The notes below the pieces were generated by a model that worked only from the letters and a program-made list of their open reading frames with translations, was not told the DNA's origin and ran no database searches. From assembly GCA_964016885.1 (NCBI GenBank), contig OZ024743.1, forward strand, positions 57,226,001 to 57,290,000: a stretch of DNA of 64,000 nt, written 5' to 3'. The DNA is from Eledone cirrhosa (lineage: Eukaryota). Of the stretch, positions 30,275 through 46,139 are shown one piece after another. Position 1 is the first letter of the stretch. Each line of letters opens with the position of its first letter. The position numbers and the translations under genes are program-made.

Positions 30275-31110
30275 AAGGTTGCTTGTCTTAGTGGTTAGGG
30301 TGTTTGACTGGATAACTTGAGTTGTACGTGTAATTCAAAGATTAAAGCTGAACACTCTGTGTCCCGCTGAATTTCCCTGAGAACTACGTTAAAGACATAG
30401 GTGTCTGTGAATTGCTCAAACACGTTAATTTCATGAGTAGCTAGTTGTGCTGGAGTGACGGGAAATAAAATATCTTGCTCAAGGACTCAACGCATAGCTT
30501 AGCCCGGGAATTTAACACACGATCATACAATTCCGATTCCGACGCCTTAACCATTAAATAATGTGCCTTGATGCCATGACCATGGATTCTTAACAATTTT
30601 AATACGGTGGAGCCCCTCGCTTTCCAATTCTGAGCAAAGCATTTGACAAAACTGTCCTTTGATTTCAGGACATAACGCACCACACGGTCCAGGAATCGAA
30701 CTCGTGGGCTTACGTATACCATAAGCACGACGGCACGTGCCTTCACAGTAAATAAACCAGCACTAAAGAGATGGAATGAACAACTGTCGGTCTTCGACAA
30801 AGAGTGTTCCGGTTGATCGAACTGGGGAACGGCCTGCTTATGAAATTAACGTATGAGTCTCATAAAATTCCACAGACACGTGGAATCTAAATGCATATCG
30901 TGTGGAGATTCGTCATGATACGGCTGGACCTCCGAATTACGGGTACATTCCATCAGACAAGCTTCCAAACAGTTTCCGTCGACCCAATTTCACCCACAAA
31001 TCATGATCTGCCGCGAAGCTATGGTAAATAACACATATCCAAGTTGCCAAGCAGTGGGATTGAACTCAGGACCTAATGAATGCAAAGCTAACGTTTTAAC
31101 CATTCGAACA
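30275..31110. mobile_element. Cluster of SINE copies on both strands
   Basis: gtcttagtggttagggtgttt head (+, 30285) and minus-strand heads (ggaatcgaactc, gggattgaactc) with shared cores. Confidence 0.55.
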
Positions 31111-31515
31111 TGCTGTGTTCTCAATTTGAAGCTCTAGACTTGAGGCATAATATTAGTGAAAAATATTTGTTCTGGCTGACTACATACAACTGATCTTTGA
31201 GAGATAATTCGACATAATGTATGTGTTATCAGACTGATTGTTGTGGTAGTGAAGGTAGTGATAGTGTTGGTGGAAGTGGTAGTGGATGTTATTGTTCGTG
31301 GTGGGGTGGTAGTTGTGTCAAAGGAACTGGTGGTATTGATGGAGGCGCTAATGGTTATGGGGTTTGTAGTGAAGTTGTAACATTCTCATAACTAAATTAC
31401 ATCAGATGATTTTTTGACACACACACATACACACACCTCTGTGTATGTATAATAACGTAAATTAATGACTAAACAAGCAAGGTAGATTTAATAACACTTC
31501 AAAAGGTGACAAGTA

Positions 31516-31572
<57 letters not shown>

Positions 31573-31613
31573 CATACATACATACATACATACATACATA
31601 CAAACAAACAATA

Positions 31614-32265
31614 CTAGCAGTAGTACCCGGCGTTGCACGGGATAATGTATTTTGGAACACGGGCCGCCAACAGACCTAATCGTGGAAAAACTGCATGCCT
31701 CGACAATATGTAAAGAAAATAAACCGAATACTCTGATGGCTGGATAATCTTTAAGATTTTCCTCGATGAAGCAGGAAAAATGCAGGTTTTCACCTAAATG
31801 CGGGCCCTAGGGGATCAAGAAATTGATTTTTTTTATGTGCATAATATGCCTTGAAATTTCGGGAAATTCGGCTAGATGTAACGCCTCCAAAAAGACCCCC
31901 CAAAACTGAATAAATGAAGTTTTTCACCTAATGCGGGCCCTAGGGCATAAAAAAGTTGGATTTTCTTTGCTCACGGTATGAAGAAGAGACTGACTAATAC
32001 ATAGTTACAATTTCAAAGAAATCGGTCTGACGTAACGCATAAAAAAACCCATAAAAAGCTGAAAAAAAATGCCGTTTTTCACCTAATGCGCCCCCTAGAA
32101 GATCAAAAAGTCGAATTTCTATGTGCATAACACTCCCTGAAACATAAGTAATACACATGTAAAGTTTGAAACAAATCGGTTGAGTACTTCTCGAGTTTTA
32201 GGGAATCAAACTCACACACACACACACACACACACACAGACAGACAGACAGACAGACAGACAGGC

Positions 32266-32330
<65 letters not shown>

Positions 32331-32365
32331 CACACACAGACAGACATCCTCAGTTATATACATAT
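31614..32365 (-). mobile_element. Non-autonomous Helitron (second family)
   Basis: CCCGTGCAACGCCGGG hairpin + CTAG|T; three internal repeats of TTTTCACCTAATGCGGGCCCTAG; (CAGA)n near the 5' end. Confidence 0.75.
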
Positions 32366-32389
32366 ATATATAATATATATATATATATA

Positions 32390-34210
32390 GAAATATTAGA
32401 AATATTAAGAAATAGAAATATTAAAACAATGAAATTAAACAAAAAACAGTTAATTCATAGTAAAACTCATTATTTTACGATCGTTTCTAGGGGGTAGCAC
32501 CCCGTATGTCCATTCAATTATTGATCTATGTAAAATATATTACAAAATATCATAGTAAGAAAATATATATATATATATAAATAAGAAAAATATGTTTATT
32601 CAAAAATATAGACCAGCATTAAATATAGTTTAATATGCATTATGTCAACACCATAACATGTTTACCATCAAAACAGACACATACATACACATACACATAA
32701 CACCTACTTTAGAAAATAAAAACCAGAACTAAATACACCTTAACATACGTTAATACTCTAACACCTTAACATGCTAACCGCCCCCTCCCTACACACACAC
32801 CTACACACATTTCCCTCCCCCATTTCTTCTAACGGAATCATTTTCCTACACACACACACACACACACACACACAAATATATATTCTCTCCATCTTAACAT
32901 GCTAACCATACTCCCACACACACATACACACACACACACATTACACCCATACACACACACATAACACCCATACACACACAACTCCCTCCCCCATTTTTAC
33001 TAATAGAATCATTTTCCTACACACACACAAAAATATATATAAGCACACATATCTCTACTTTCTTTATTTCAATAGAAAGTCTGAAATCTGACACCACAGC
33101 GCACCAGCCATATTCACTGAACCAGAACAATTCTCCCCATCCCGTTTCTCTTGACCATTATCTTTTGTTTGGCATAACGTTCTCTAAAAGGCTAAAAAAT
33201 ATATTCCCAAATACAGCCGCGAAATTTAATGTACTTGTTTCATTTATGAATAATCAAATTACATTTCAGCACATCAGTCATACTCAGAACAACTCTCTCC
33301 ATCCCTTTTTCTTGACCATTATCTTTTGTTCGGCACAAAATTCTCTAAATAGCTACAAAAAAATTCCAAAATACGGGCGCGAAATTAATGTACTTGTTAA
33401 CGTGACAGTCATAATTTCATTTATAAACAATCAAATTACATTTATAAAAAAACCCTTCGTGAGCCACCTTTTTTTAAGTAAAAAGAAATTCAAACACAAA
33501 CTGGCGCGAAAGCTGATGTGCTTATTCACGTGACTGCATCAACCAACCAAACTTCACTCATATATGAAAAAACAACCTGAGCCCCCCACCCTTTGTTTGA
33601 AGGCAAATATTAATATAATAAGAACTTTGTAACGCGAACTGGCGCGAAATTATTATTATTCACCAACCAACAAAATTACTCCTCTAAAAACCTAGCATTT
33701 CGAGCCACTTTTTTCCATATAAAACAGAAGTAACATTCAAAGACCAACCTGATGTGAGAAAAACCACAAACCCTCCATCTGAATTCTACTTTTGAAAAGC
33801 AGAAGAACTGCGAAACCGGTAAAGGAACCAAATAAATATATATTTAAAAAAAAAAGACTCCAGTTGCATTTTCGATTTCATCTTTTTTCCTTATACTTTC
33901 ACTCGTGTAGGACACCTCGTATTTTTTCATTTTGTAAAAAAAAACCCTCACTTTCATGCTTTCGAAATCTTCAGGTTCACATTCTGTGGTGACAGTCAAG
34001 TTTGCAATTTTCAACTGTGAAAATTGCGAACTTGAGTGTCACCACAGAATGTGAACCTGAAGATTGCGAAAGCATGAAAGTACTTGTTCAATTACCACTT
34101 AACATTTAATATTCTACCATACTATTTCATTCTAATACCATTCTAATTTTAAAGGATTGTAAATAAAGCGATTAAATCAGACAAAGTTGGAATTCCTTTT
34201 ATTAATATAA
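32390..34210. mobile_element. Composite pLTR-like region with hammerhead and terminal palindrome
   Basis: Long copy of the 22121 family; hammerhead at 33784-33827; ~62-bp palindrome at 33951-34080; degenerate stem II/III motif at 32476-32520 (-). Confidence 0.6.
33784..33827 (+). ncRNA. Minimal type I hammerhead ribozyme (U3-A8 core)
   Basis: Identical to 22633-22676. Confidence 0.75.
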
Positions 34211-34236
34211 TCTTCTATACACAATCATACACACCC

Positions 34237-36467
<2,231 letters not shown>

Positions 36468-36609
36468 GAGTTTATGTTGGTTGTATACCAACACCTCAGT
36501 ATGCAGGCTGGAGCACTCGACGAAGTGCGCAGGTTGGTTTGGTTACTCCGGAGTAGTGTAAAATAAAGTTAAATAAAAGTCAAATGATTAAAATTTAGCT
36601 TCGTTTATT

Positions 36610-36664
36610 ACTGCTATATATATTTCAGTGACAGCCATCTTTGGCTGTGACCTCTTCAGGCAGT
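36610..36664 (-). ncRNA. Type I hammerhead ribozyme
   Basis: Reverse-complement twin of 36904-36958. Confidence 0.85.
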
Positions 36665-36903
36665 TTGAATTAGTATGGTATAGACAAGTACATATGTTGT
36701 TTAGGTGTATAATATTGTCAATACTCTGATATGCCCAGTTCCTTGCTGGGTTGTTAATTCACTGAGGAACTGGACTCATATGGAGGATATGACTCCAGTT
36801 CCCCAGTGAATTAACAACCCAACCAGGAACTGGGCATATCAGAGTATTGACAATATTATACACCTAAACAACATATGTACTTGTCTATACCATACTAATT
36901 CAA

Positions 36904-36958
36904 ACTGCCTGAAGAGGTCACAGCCAAAGATGGCTGTCACTGAAATATATATAGCAGT
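36904..36958 (+). ncRNA. Type I hammerhead ribozyme
   Basis: ACUGC CUGAAGA GGU-c-ACAGCC-aaagau-GGCUGU-c-ACU GAAA UAUAUA UA GCAGU; canonical core, palindromic stem III, predicted cleavage after A36953. Confidence 0.85.
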
Positions 36959-37008
36959 AATAAACGAAGCTAAATTTTAATCATTTGACTTTTATTTAAC
37001 TTTATTTT

Positions 37009-37565
<557 letters not shown>

Positions 37566-40500
37566 TGTCAGGTTGCTCTCGAGTGCTCTCGAGTGCTACT
37601 GGTAACATGTAACCCAGTACTACCTGTCTCATGGTCGGGTCGTCGGCGACTAAACCGGCAACCCCACCAAGCTTGCTTGGTAAGGAGGGTGACATTTGGA
37701 CACCCTGCTGGATGAAATACAAAACCTGGCAAAGGGCGGAGGAACTCAGCAATGTCAACGGCCATCCAAATAGTACTTTTTTTTTTTTACCTGGGAGTGA
37801 AGGGCCCCCTGTTGTCACAACATCTTTCTAGGAGAGGGAAACTCTGAAAAAAAACCTGCGGCTTTGGAAGCATCCGATGATGTTGACCAGCTCTCCTTTT
37901 CGGGTAGTGTTTTCGATGCTCAGAGAGTGGGATTGGTAACGTGCAAGGCCATTCCCCACTTAAAATACCTTCAAAGCACAGGCATCGCTTATTCAGGATC
38001 TGTTATAGGTTCGTGTGGCTGGCCGTAGCCTAAAAGTGCACCAAATTCGATGATAACAGATGATAATCCTGAAGTCAATGGCAGTAAGGTTTTGGAACTT
38101 ATTGTGAAGGGGTTTGGCCCGGCAGGTGTCCCATGGCACCGCAGCGTGGGCCCGGCCGTCATCCTACAACTACAAGGAGGTTCAAACCTCAGAATATTGG
38201 ATGTTGGAATGTAAGAACTTTGCTGGATTCCCAGTTCAGTAAAACTCGCCCTGAAAGAAGATCTGCTTTGGTGTCGAGGGAACTCGATCGCTATACCATG
38301 GACATCGTTGCTCTTTCAGAATTGAGATTGGCAGGTGAGGGTCAATTCACAGAACACAAGGGAGGTTATACCTTCTATTGGAGTGGTGGAGAAGAGGGCT
38401 GTAGGAGAGAAGCGGGGGTCGCATTTGCAGTCAGGAATGGAATCGTCTCAAAGCTGGAAAATCTTCCTTGTGGATTCAATGAACGGATAATGTCCATGAG
38501 AGTCCCTCTGATTCAAAACCGCTTTGTGACTCTGGTCAGTGTGTACGCTCCTACTATGTGTGCTAGTGATGATGAAAAACTAAGTTTCTACACGTCTTTG
38601 AGAGAGGTCATCCATGGTATACCTTATGTAGACAAGATTGTCATCCTTGGTGATTTTAATGCACGTGTTGGTAATGACTGGGAAGCTTGGAGTGTGATGG
38701 GCAGGCATGGAGTAGGTAAGTGCAATAACAATGGCCTACTTCTGTTACAGATGTACACTGAGATGGATCTTGTTGTTGGGAACACGCTCTTTCAGCAGAA
38801 AGACAAATATAAGACAGCTTGGATGCATCCAGGTTCAAAGAAGTGGCACCTTATTGACTTCGTTTTAACGAGAAAACGTGATATCAGGGATATCACATTA
38901 GTTCGTGTATTGCGAGGCGCGGAATGTTGGACTGATCATCGTCTGGTGCGCGCCAAGTTTCAATTTGTTGTGAAGCCCAAAGTAAGGGGGAAGAAGGTTG
39001 CACTTCCAAAATAACTAAACGTGGCTTGTCTGAAAACAGAGAAAGTCAGAGCTGAGCTGTCGAGGTCCCTTGAGTCCATGGAATGTGAAAACACTTGGGA
39101 ATCATTGAAGAAAACTGTCTACGATGTTAGTGCTGAAGTTTTGGGTCATACCAAGAGAAAGCATAAAGACTGGTTCGATGAAAATGATCCAGTGATCCAG
39201 ACCCTGCTTGAAGAGAAACAAAAAGTGCTGACATCATTGTTGTGTGAGTCACGTTCTGACAGGAGTGACCGGACCTTCAGGCAGATCAAGGCACGTGTGC
39301 AACATCGATTGAGAGCCATGCAGGATACCTGGTGGAGCCAAAAGGCTGATGAAATCAAGAAGGCCTCAGATAGACATGATACAAAGCTCCTATACAGTCT
39401 GCTCAGGGAGGTGTATGATCCGACCAGTTCACAAATATCACCACTTCGCTCCGGGGACGGCAATGAATTGCTCAGAGACCCGAAGGCAATCCTGATCAGG
39501 TGGCATGACCACTTTGATGAGCTTCTCAAAAGACCATCAGAAATTGATGATGAGTTCATCCGGTCGATTCCATCCAGACCTACAAAGCTGGCAATGGCTA
39601 ATCTTCCTTCATTTGATGAGGTGGCGAAGGCCATTGCCAAATTAAACAGCGGCAAGTTACCTGGAATGGATGGACTGAGTGCCGAGATTTTCAAGTGTGC
39701 TGGTGATAACTTCTTAAACCGCCTCACTGCTCTCTTTGTGAATGTTTGGAATGAAGATGTGCCACAAGATTGGAATGATGCACTGATGGTGGTACTTTAC
39801 AAAGGAAAGGGAGCCAAAGATGACTGTGGCAACTACAGAGGTATTTCACTGCTATCTGTGGCTGGGAAGATGTTGTGCAGGATATTGTTGGACAGATTGA
39901 TACAGCACATTGCTGTTGAGGTACTTCCTGACTCCCAATATGGCTTTAGGAATGGTAGAGGCATTGTTGACATGATCTTATCGCCCAAACAACTTCAAGA
40001 GAAATGCATTGAGCAGCGCATGGACTTATACCAAGTTTTTGTCGATCTGACCAAGGCATTTGACACCGTTAATCGGAAGGCTTTGTGGGTTATTTTAGAG
40101 AGATTCGGCTGTCCTGAAAAGTTTGTGAACATTCTGAAACTCTTCCACGATGACATGCAGGCATGGGTGAATGCTGGAGGTAAACTTTCTGAGCCAATCT
40201 CGGTTGAAAATGGTGTCAAGCAGGGTGATATACCTGCACCAACTTTGTTTGCCTTGTATTTCGCGATGGTGTTCTTCATGGCCTTCAAGGATTGTCAACA
40301 CGGTATCTATCTCAGATATCGCACTTCCGGCAAGATGTTTAACCTTAGGCATCTCACTGCCAACACTAAGGTACTGAGTACCTTGATCAGATAATTTTTA
40401 TATGCAGATGATTGTGATCTCTTTTCACACTCCCAGAGTGACATGCAACACCTTATGGATTCTTTTTCCAATGCCTGCAGTGCTTTGGAACTGACAATCA

Positions 40501-40580
40501 GTCTGAAGAAGACTGTCGTCATGTACCAACCTGCCCCGGATAAAGTTTTCAATGAACCCTCCATACACGTATACGGTCAA
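37566..40580 (+). mobile_element. RTE-clade (BovB-like) LINE, 5' intact, 3' truncated
   Basis: ~570-bp leader and a single APE+RT frame; sequence is lost shortly after YADD. Confidence 0.93.
38133..40580 (+). pseudogene. RTE APE endonuclease + reverse transcriptase, two in-frame stops (39012-39014, 40392-40394)
   Basis: GCWNVRTL, VALSE, SVYAPT, LGDFNARVG, WHLIDF, TDHRLV; NYRGISLLS, FVDLTKAFDTV, GVKQG, FLYADD. Confidence 0.93.
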
Positions 40581-41200
40581 AATCGATAAACGGAAAAAAT
40601 GAAACGAAATTACATTTCCCGCTCTTAGTACGGCTGTTACTTAAATATAAGTATGTACACGTACATACATATATGCATACAAACGTACAGTAGTATGTAT
40701 ATATACATACATGCACACATATATATATGTACGTATGGATTCGCCGAATATATATGTATGTACGTTTACATACTTATATTTAAGTAACAGCCGTACTAAG
40801 AGTGGGAAATGAAATTTCGTTTCATTCTTTCCGTTTATCGTTTTCGGTGCACCCGACCGATTAACCCACTCGATATGCAAATTGGGCTACTCAGCCGTTA
40901 ATATGCATAAGGTAAGTATATACGTTCAACAATCTGGCAGAAAGGTATACGTTGCTGACGATAGCTAATAAGCTTGAAACTACTACAGCGTTCCCTTGTC
41001 AGTGTTGAACAAACGAGCAACGATGGTTGCTAGACACTACGGGTTAATACGGGATGTTTGTTTACAAACACACCGAGCATTATAATAAATGTTCGGTGAA
41101 TCCATACGTACATATATATATATATGTGTGCATATATTTATATATATATATACATACTACTGTACGTCTGTATACATATATGTATGTACGTGTACATACT
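40581..41200. mobile_element. Complex fold-back insert with hammerhead
   Basis: Inverted pairs 40583-40670/40755-40842 and 40655-40748/41090-41200. Confidence 0.65.
40949..40991 (+). ncRNA. Minimal type I hammerhead ribozyme
   Basis: ACGUUG CUGACGA U-AGC-uaauaa-GCU-U GAAA CUAC UA CAGCGU; U.U at the base of stem II. Confidence 0.7.
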
Positions 41201-41229
41201 TATATATATATATATACATATATATATAC

Positions 41230-41260
<31 letters not shown>

Positions 41261-41261
41261 C

Positions 41262-41296
<35 letters not shown>

Positions 41297-41681
41297 CATA
41301 TATATATATATACATATATATATACATGTATATATACATGTATATATATATATGTATATATATATATGTATATATATATGTATATATATATGTATATATA
41401 TATATATGTATATATATATATGTATATATATATGTATATATATATATGTGTATATATATATGTATATATATATGTATATATTTATTAAAATAACAGATTA
41501 AAGTTAACTTTAATCTGTTATTTTAATAAATATTTGCTCTACGGTTCTTATATATTTGATATATATTTATCCTTATCGAGCCCTCTTTGGATTTTAGTCT
41601 TCAAATTTATTATTATTACTATATATGTATATATATATATGTATATATATATATGTATATTTATATGTATATATATATATG

Positions 41682-41756
<75 letters not shown>

Positions 41757-42900
41757 TTCTGCTCGACATAAGGTTTCGAAGCATGCCCCTGTATTAACCA
41801 TAACGTTTTATGGTCTACCTGGGACTGCTTTGCATCAGGCGAGTAGATGAGCTGGCAGACGTTACTTCGGATGAGATCACATGAGACCAATGCCGGAATT
41901 GTGTGTGTGTGTGGGGGTGGGGGGTGGGGGTGTAGCTAGATAGCTTATTGTTATACAAGTGGTGTAACTCCTGTGTTTATGTGTTTAATTTTGTAAGTAT
42001 TCGTATATGTAGTGTTAAACGTTTTTGTGTATATATTGTACCTGCGGATGCATACTTTATGTCTATTTATGAATTTTGTTTCGTCATGTCGAAGTCGGGC
42101 CCTTCTTTAGGTACGGTGTGACATCTGTGTGTGTGGTGAGGAAGGCACACATAATGGATTAAGGGGAGTACATATTGAGTGAATGTTGATGTTGGGTGTC
42201 TGGGCCCATATTTTTCTCTAGTGATAAATGGGATTTAAGTGCAGGTAACCTCTAAATATCTCGTTTTAGTGTATTTATTGTATTCAGGAATTTACTGGGG
42301 GATTTCAATCCCTGTATTATCCGGAATTTCTTGATTAGGCAAAGTGAACACCTCTTACTTTCTTTGATGTACAGTCTAGACCCATCTAGGATACTCCATT
42401 GAATTGTGTAGATATAGATTTTGGTCCGTATGCTTATTTTACTTAGTATATCCTTACTGGCTAACCCTAATTCTGTTATAGAGGGGTTAATTAATCTACA
42501 ACCTATTGTTAAAGTTCTGTTTATGGTCTTTCAAAATAACATAACCATTACGTTTAGCTAGGGTTTCATTTCTTTTATCTATAAGTTTCTACCGATATCT
42601 TTAGTTTCATTGTTGATATTATTATAAGTACGGGTTTTTGCTTTCAGGTATTTGTTAGTTATACTACCACGTCAGAGCTGGTTATATTTATCCTTATCTA
42701 CTCCATAAAAGTTTTTAGTTTTATCAGAGAACACGAAAATATTCCTAGATGATTTAATGTTATTAATGTTATGCGCGAGTTTAATTTGGAAGTGTCTTTT
42801 GTACTTACGGAACTTGATATTATTGATTATATGTAATAAGTCAGGGTTTCGTTGGAGTTTATGTTAATATGGATATCACTCCGTAGAGTAGTAGGGCCTT
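41757..42900 (-). pseudogene. Decayed, internally deleted Penelope-like element
   Basis: Remnants DKTKNFYGVDKDKYNQL..SITNKYLKA (RT N-terminus) and IQWSILDGSRLYIKESKRCSLCL (endonuclease C-terminus); hammerhead-like motif at 41759-41846. Confidence 0.65.
41759..41846 (-). ncRNA. Hammerhead-like motif with long stem II
   Basis: CUACUC-gc CUGAUGC AAAGCA-GUCCC..ACCAUAA/UUAUGGU..GGGGC-AUGCUUC GAAA ccuuaug UC GAGCAG. Confidence 0.45.
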
Positions 42901-43269
42901 TCATCGCAAGACTTCGCGCGCACACACACACACACACACATTATACCATACACACACATACATACACACTATACCATACACACACATACACACGTGTGTA
43001 TATACATATATATTTTAATTGTTCAATTCAGAATTAATTTCTACTTTAATTCAATATCTCACCTTTTGCTTGTTTCATTCTGGTTGGTGATAAACGAAGT
43101 CAGATTCATTAGAATTTATTAAATGGAAATAAATCAATAGAGAAGACATTTATTTATTTAAGTAAAGAAATGAAATTATTTCATATATAAATGAATAAAC
43201 ATTGCCATCAAATGTGTTTTCCAAAAACAATAATTATTGGATATTGAATTATGTCAATGAATGAAAGTT

Positions 43270-43351
<82 letters not shown>

Positions 43352-43972
43352 TATATATACATACACACACACACATACACTTACACACATTCTTGGTAAA
43401 GGGAATTCTACTTTTCTGTAGTAACAATTTACACTAGATCGGAACGTCGCTGGTAAGATGACGTTACTTTTGTTTGCATAAATGTTCATACTTCTTCTCT
43501 TCAATATAATTTCAATTGTTAATGGATATTAAGGGGTCTCTATTTGTAGAACCATCATGCCATTCTCTCACTCCTCTCACTGTCCTATTGTAATCCTATG
43601 TTGAAGTGGTTAATCGATCAAACATATCTTCCTCTTTCACATACTGTTGCCGATCTACTCTACATATTTGCAAGTCTTGTTTTCTCTGCATTTTAAAAAG
43701 CTTTCCTGTCCTGGATTAGTATATACATAGCTCGCCTCGTTTTCGGGACCAAAAACTCCGACCTTCACCGTTGTTGTCATATCTCGTATCCATTGTATTT
43801 TAATCACAAATACTTCTCTCCCTCTCTTCGGGGGCTATTAGTGCATTGGAACGACCAGCACTGGCTCTACTTTCGAAACTACAAAGACACCCAACAGACA
43901 GCTGACGAGCGAGAAATCTGTGTGTACATTTCCAGTTCTGTTCGTTTATCACGTATTAATTTTGGACGTATA

Positions 43973-44016
<44 letters not shown>

Positions 44017-44017
<1 letters not shown>

Positions 44018-44198
44018 CGAATGAAAAGTGGTAAGGAACCAGGTGGACCATAACGCACCAAAGTACTCAATACTTAGGGTAGTAGAGTGGGTAATAGGAG
44101 TAAGTAAGACCCCGACGGCTGAGCTGAAGCCGTTTCGACGGCTAATTCTGTACAGAATTAGCCGTCGAAACGGCTTGAGCTCAGCCGTCGGGGTCTTA

Positions 44199-44200
<2 letters not shown>
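44017..44200. mobile_element. Fold-back insert, family of 34321-34513
   Basis: Same tail and palindrome, centred ~44151. Confidence 0.7.
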
Positions 44201-44259
<59 letters not shown>

Positions 44260-44602
44260 GTGTATGTCTGTATGCGTGTGTGTGTGTATATATATATATT
44301 TAATATATTAACAGAGAAAGCCTTAAGCCTTTATAACATTACGATATAGCTAAGTATTTTCCCAATTTAGTGTTTGGGTGCTAACTAATCAGTATTTCGT
44401 GGATAGCTGGTTGTATTATTTTATATGAGACATAGTTATATGGTATTTGTAGCATTCAAGAAAATATCATTTTCATAGATATTGTTGTCAAAGGCACATT
44501 TTCTCATTATCAGAAATTGTATTTGTATCTTGTCATGGCTTATCATTAGTCTTGAATCAATTGATCATTCTTTCGTAATACGAAATAACACTCAAGTAAC
44601 GA

Positions 44603-44767
<165 letters not shown>

Positions 44768-45035
44768 GAAGGCCCATGACTTTGTGGTTAAGGTATTCGG
44801 CTCACACTTTATTTATCGTTGCTCCAGTCCACTCAGCTGGCAAAATGAGTTGTACCTGTAATTCGAAAAGCCAGCCTTGTTACGTTTGGTGTCACGCTGA
44901 ATATCCCAGAGAACTATGTTAAGGACACGCGTGTTTGTGGAATGCTTAGCCACTTCCACATTAACTTCAAGAGCAGGCTGTTCTGTTGATCGGATCAATT
45001 GGAACACTCTCCACCGTAACCGACGGAGAGCCAGT
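44768..45035 (+). mobile_element. tRNA-derived SINE
   Basis: gaaggcccatgactttgtggttaaggtattcggctcac head; ccagtccactcagctggcaaaatgag core; cgacggagagccag end. Confidence 0.65.
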
Positions 45036-45841
45036 TATTATATATATATATATATATATATATAATTATTGCAAATATTTTCTTAAAATAACAGACATAT
45101 TCACATATAAATAATTAGTGCAAATATTTTCTTACCACCTCCCATATATATATTTTATATATATTTATACATGTAGTGTATATAATGCAAATATTTTCTT
45201 AAAATCTCACACACACGGGAAGGAGACCATACGATAAATGTTACTTTAAGAAAATATTTGCACTAATTTCTTGAATTATCAAATCTTATTTTTTAAGTTT
45301 GTTTCAGCCATCATGATTAAGATCATGTTGGGTGAAAATCTTTCCAAGATACATAGTTAAAGGAGAAATTAAAGTTGATTAGAATTTCCTAATTGAGAGC
45401 GTACAGAAAATGTTTGTATGACAAATAAAACACAGTAAATATTGTAAATAACGCTGTTTAAACGAAGAACGTCTATTGCTGAAATTTTAATATATTACGA
45501 TTTTACCGGCTTCAGTCATTAGATCATGCTGGGGGCATCGCCCCTCATTAAAATAGCAATAAAATACACAACTCGCATAATATATACTCTATCAGATCAA
45601 TACCCAATAATATAATACAACTCACATTACACCCGCCATCCACAACAGAACAAATATTAAAATAACACAAGAAACATCTAGCTAATTCTCATGACAAAAC
45701 AAGTGGGGTGTAGAACATTAACATGAGGAGGGTATACTCCTCCCCACCACACAAATAACATACACTGCCGCCCAAACCTTAAGAACACGGAGGTGCACAA
45801 GTTATTGCATTATAAACTTGCATAGACTACCAAATAAATAA

Positions 45842-46027
45842 TTGTTTCTACTTTTGGCACAAGGCCAGCAAATTACCCAGCACATTACTGGTACTTTATT
45901 TTATCTATCCCGTAAGGATGAAAGGCAAAGTTAACCTCGGCGGGATTTGAACTCAGACCATAAAGGGCCGTAACTCTTTGCTGCAAAGCATGGCGTCCGA
46001 CTCTACTGATACTGCCAATCCACCGCC
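45842..46027 (-). mobile_element. SINE, Nin/Deu-like
   Basis: Reverse complement of the 3365-3590 family. Confidence 0.7.
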
Positions 46028-46139
46028 TAATTGTTTCTAACATTGGCACAAGCCTAACAATTTGGAAGAAGAGGAAATTCAATTGTATTGACCAAAGTAC
46101 TTGGCCGCCACTTTATTTATCGCACTGATTTATCGCACT

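Larger units (their letters stand above)
36462..37008. mobile_element. Fold-back element with two divergent hammerheads
   Basis: ~220-bp near-perfect inverted arms (36560-36781 vs 36788-37008) plus a ~100-bp one-sided tail; TA arrays on both sides. Confidence 0.85.
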
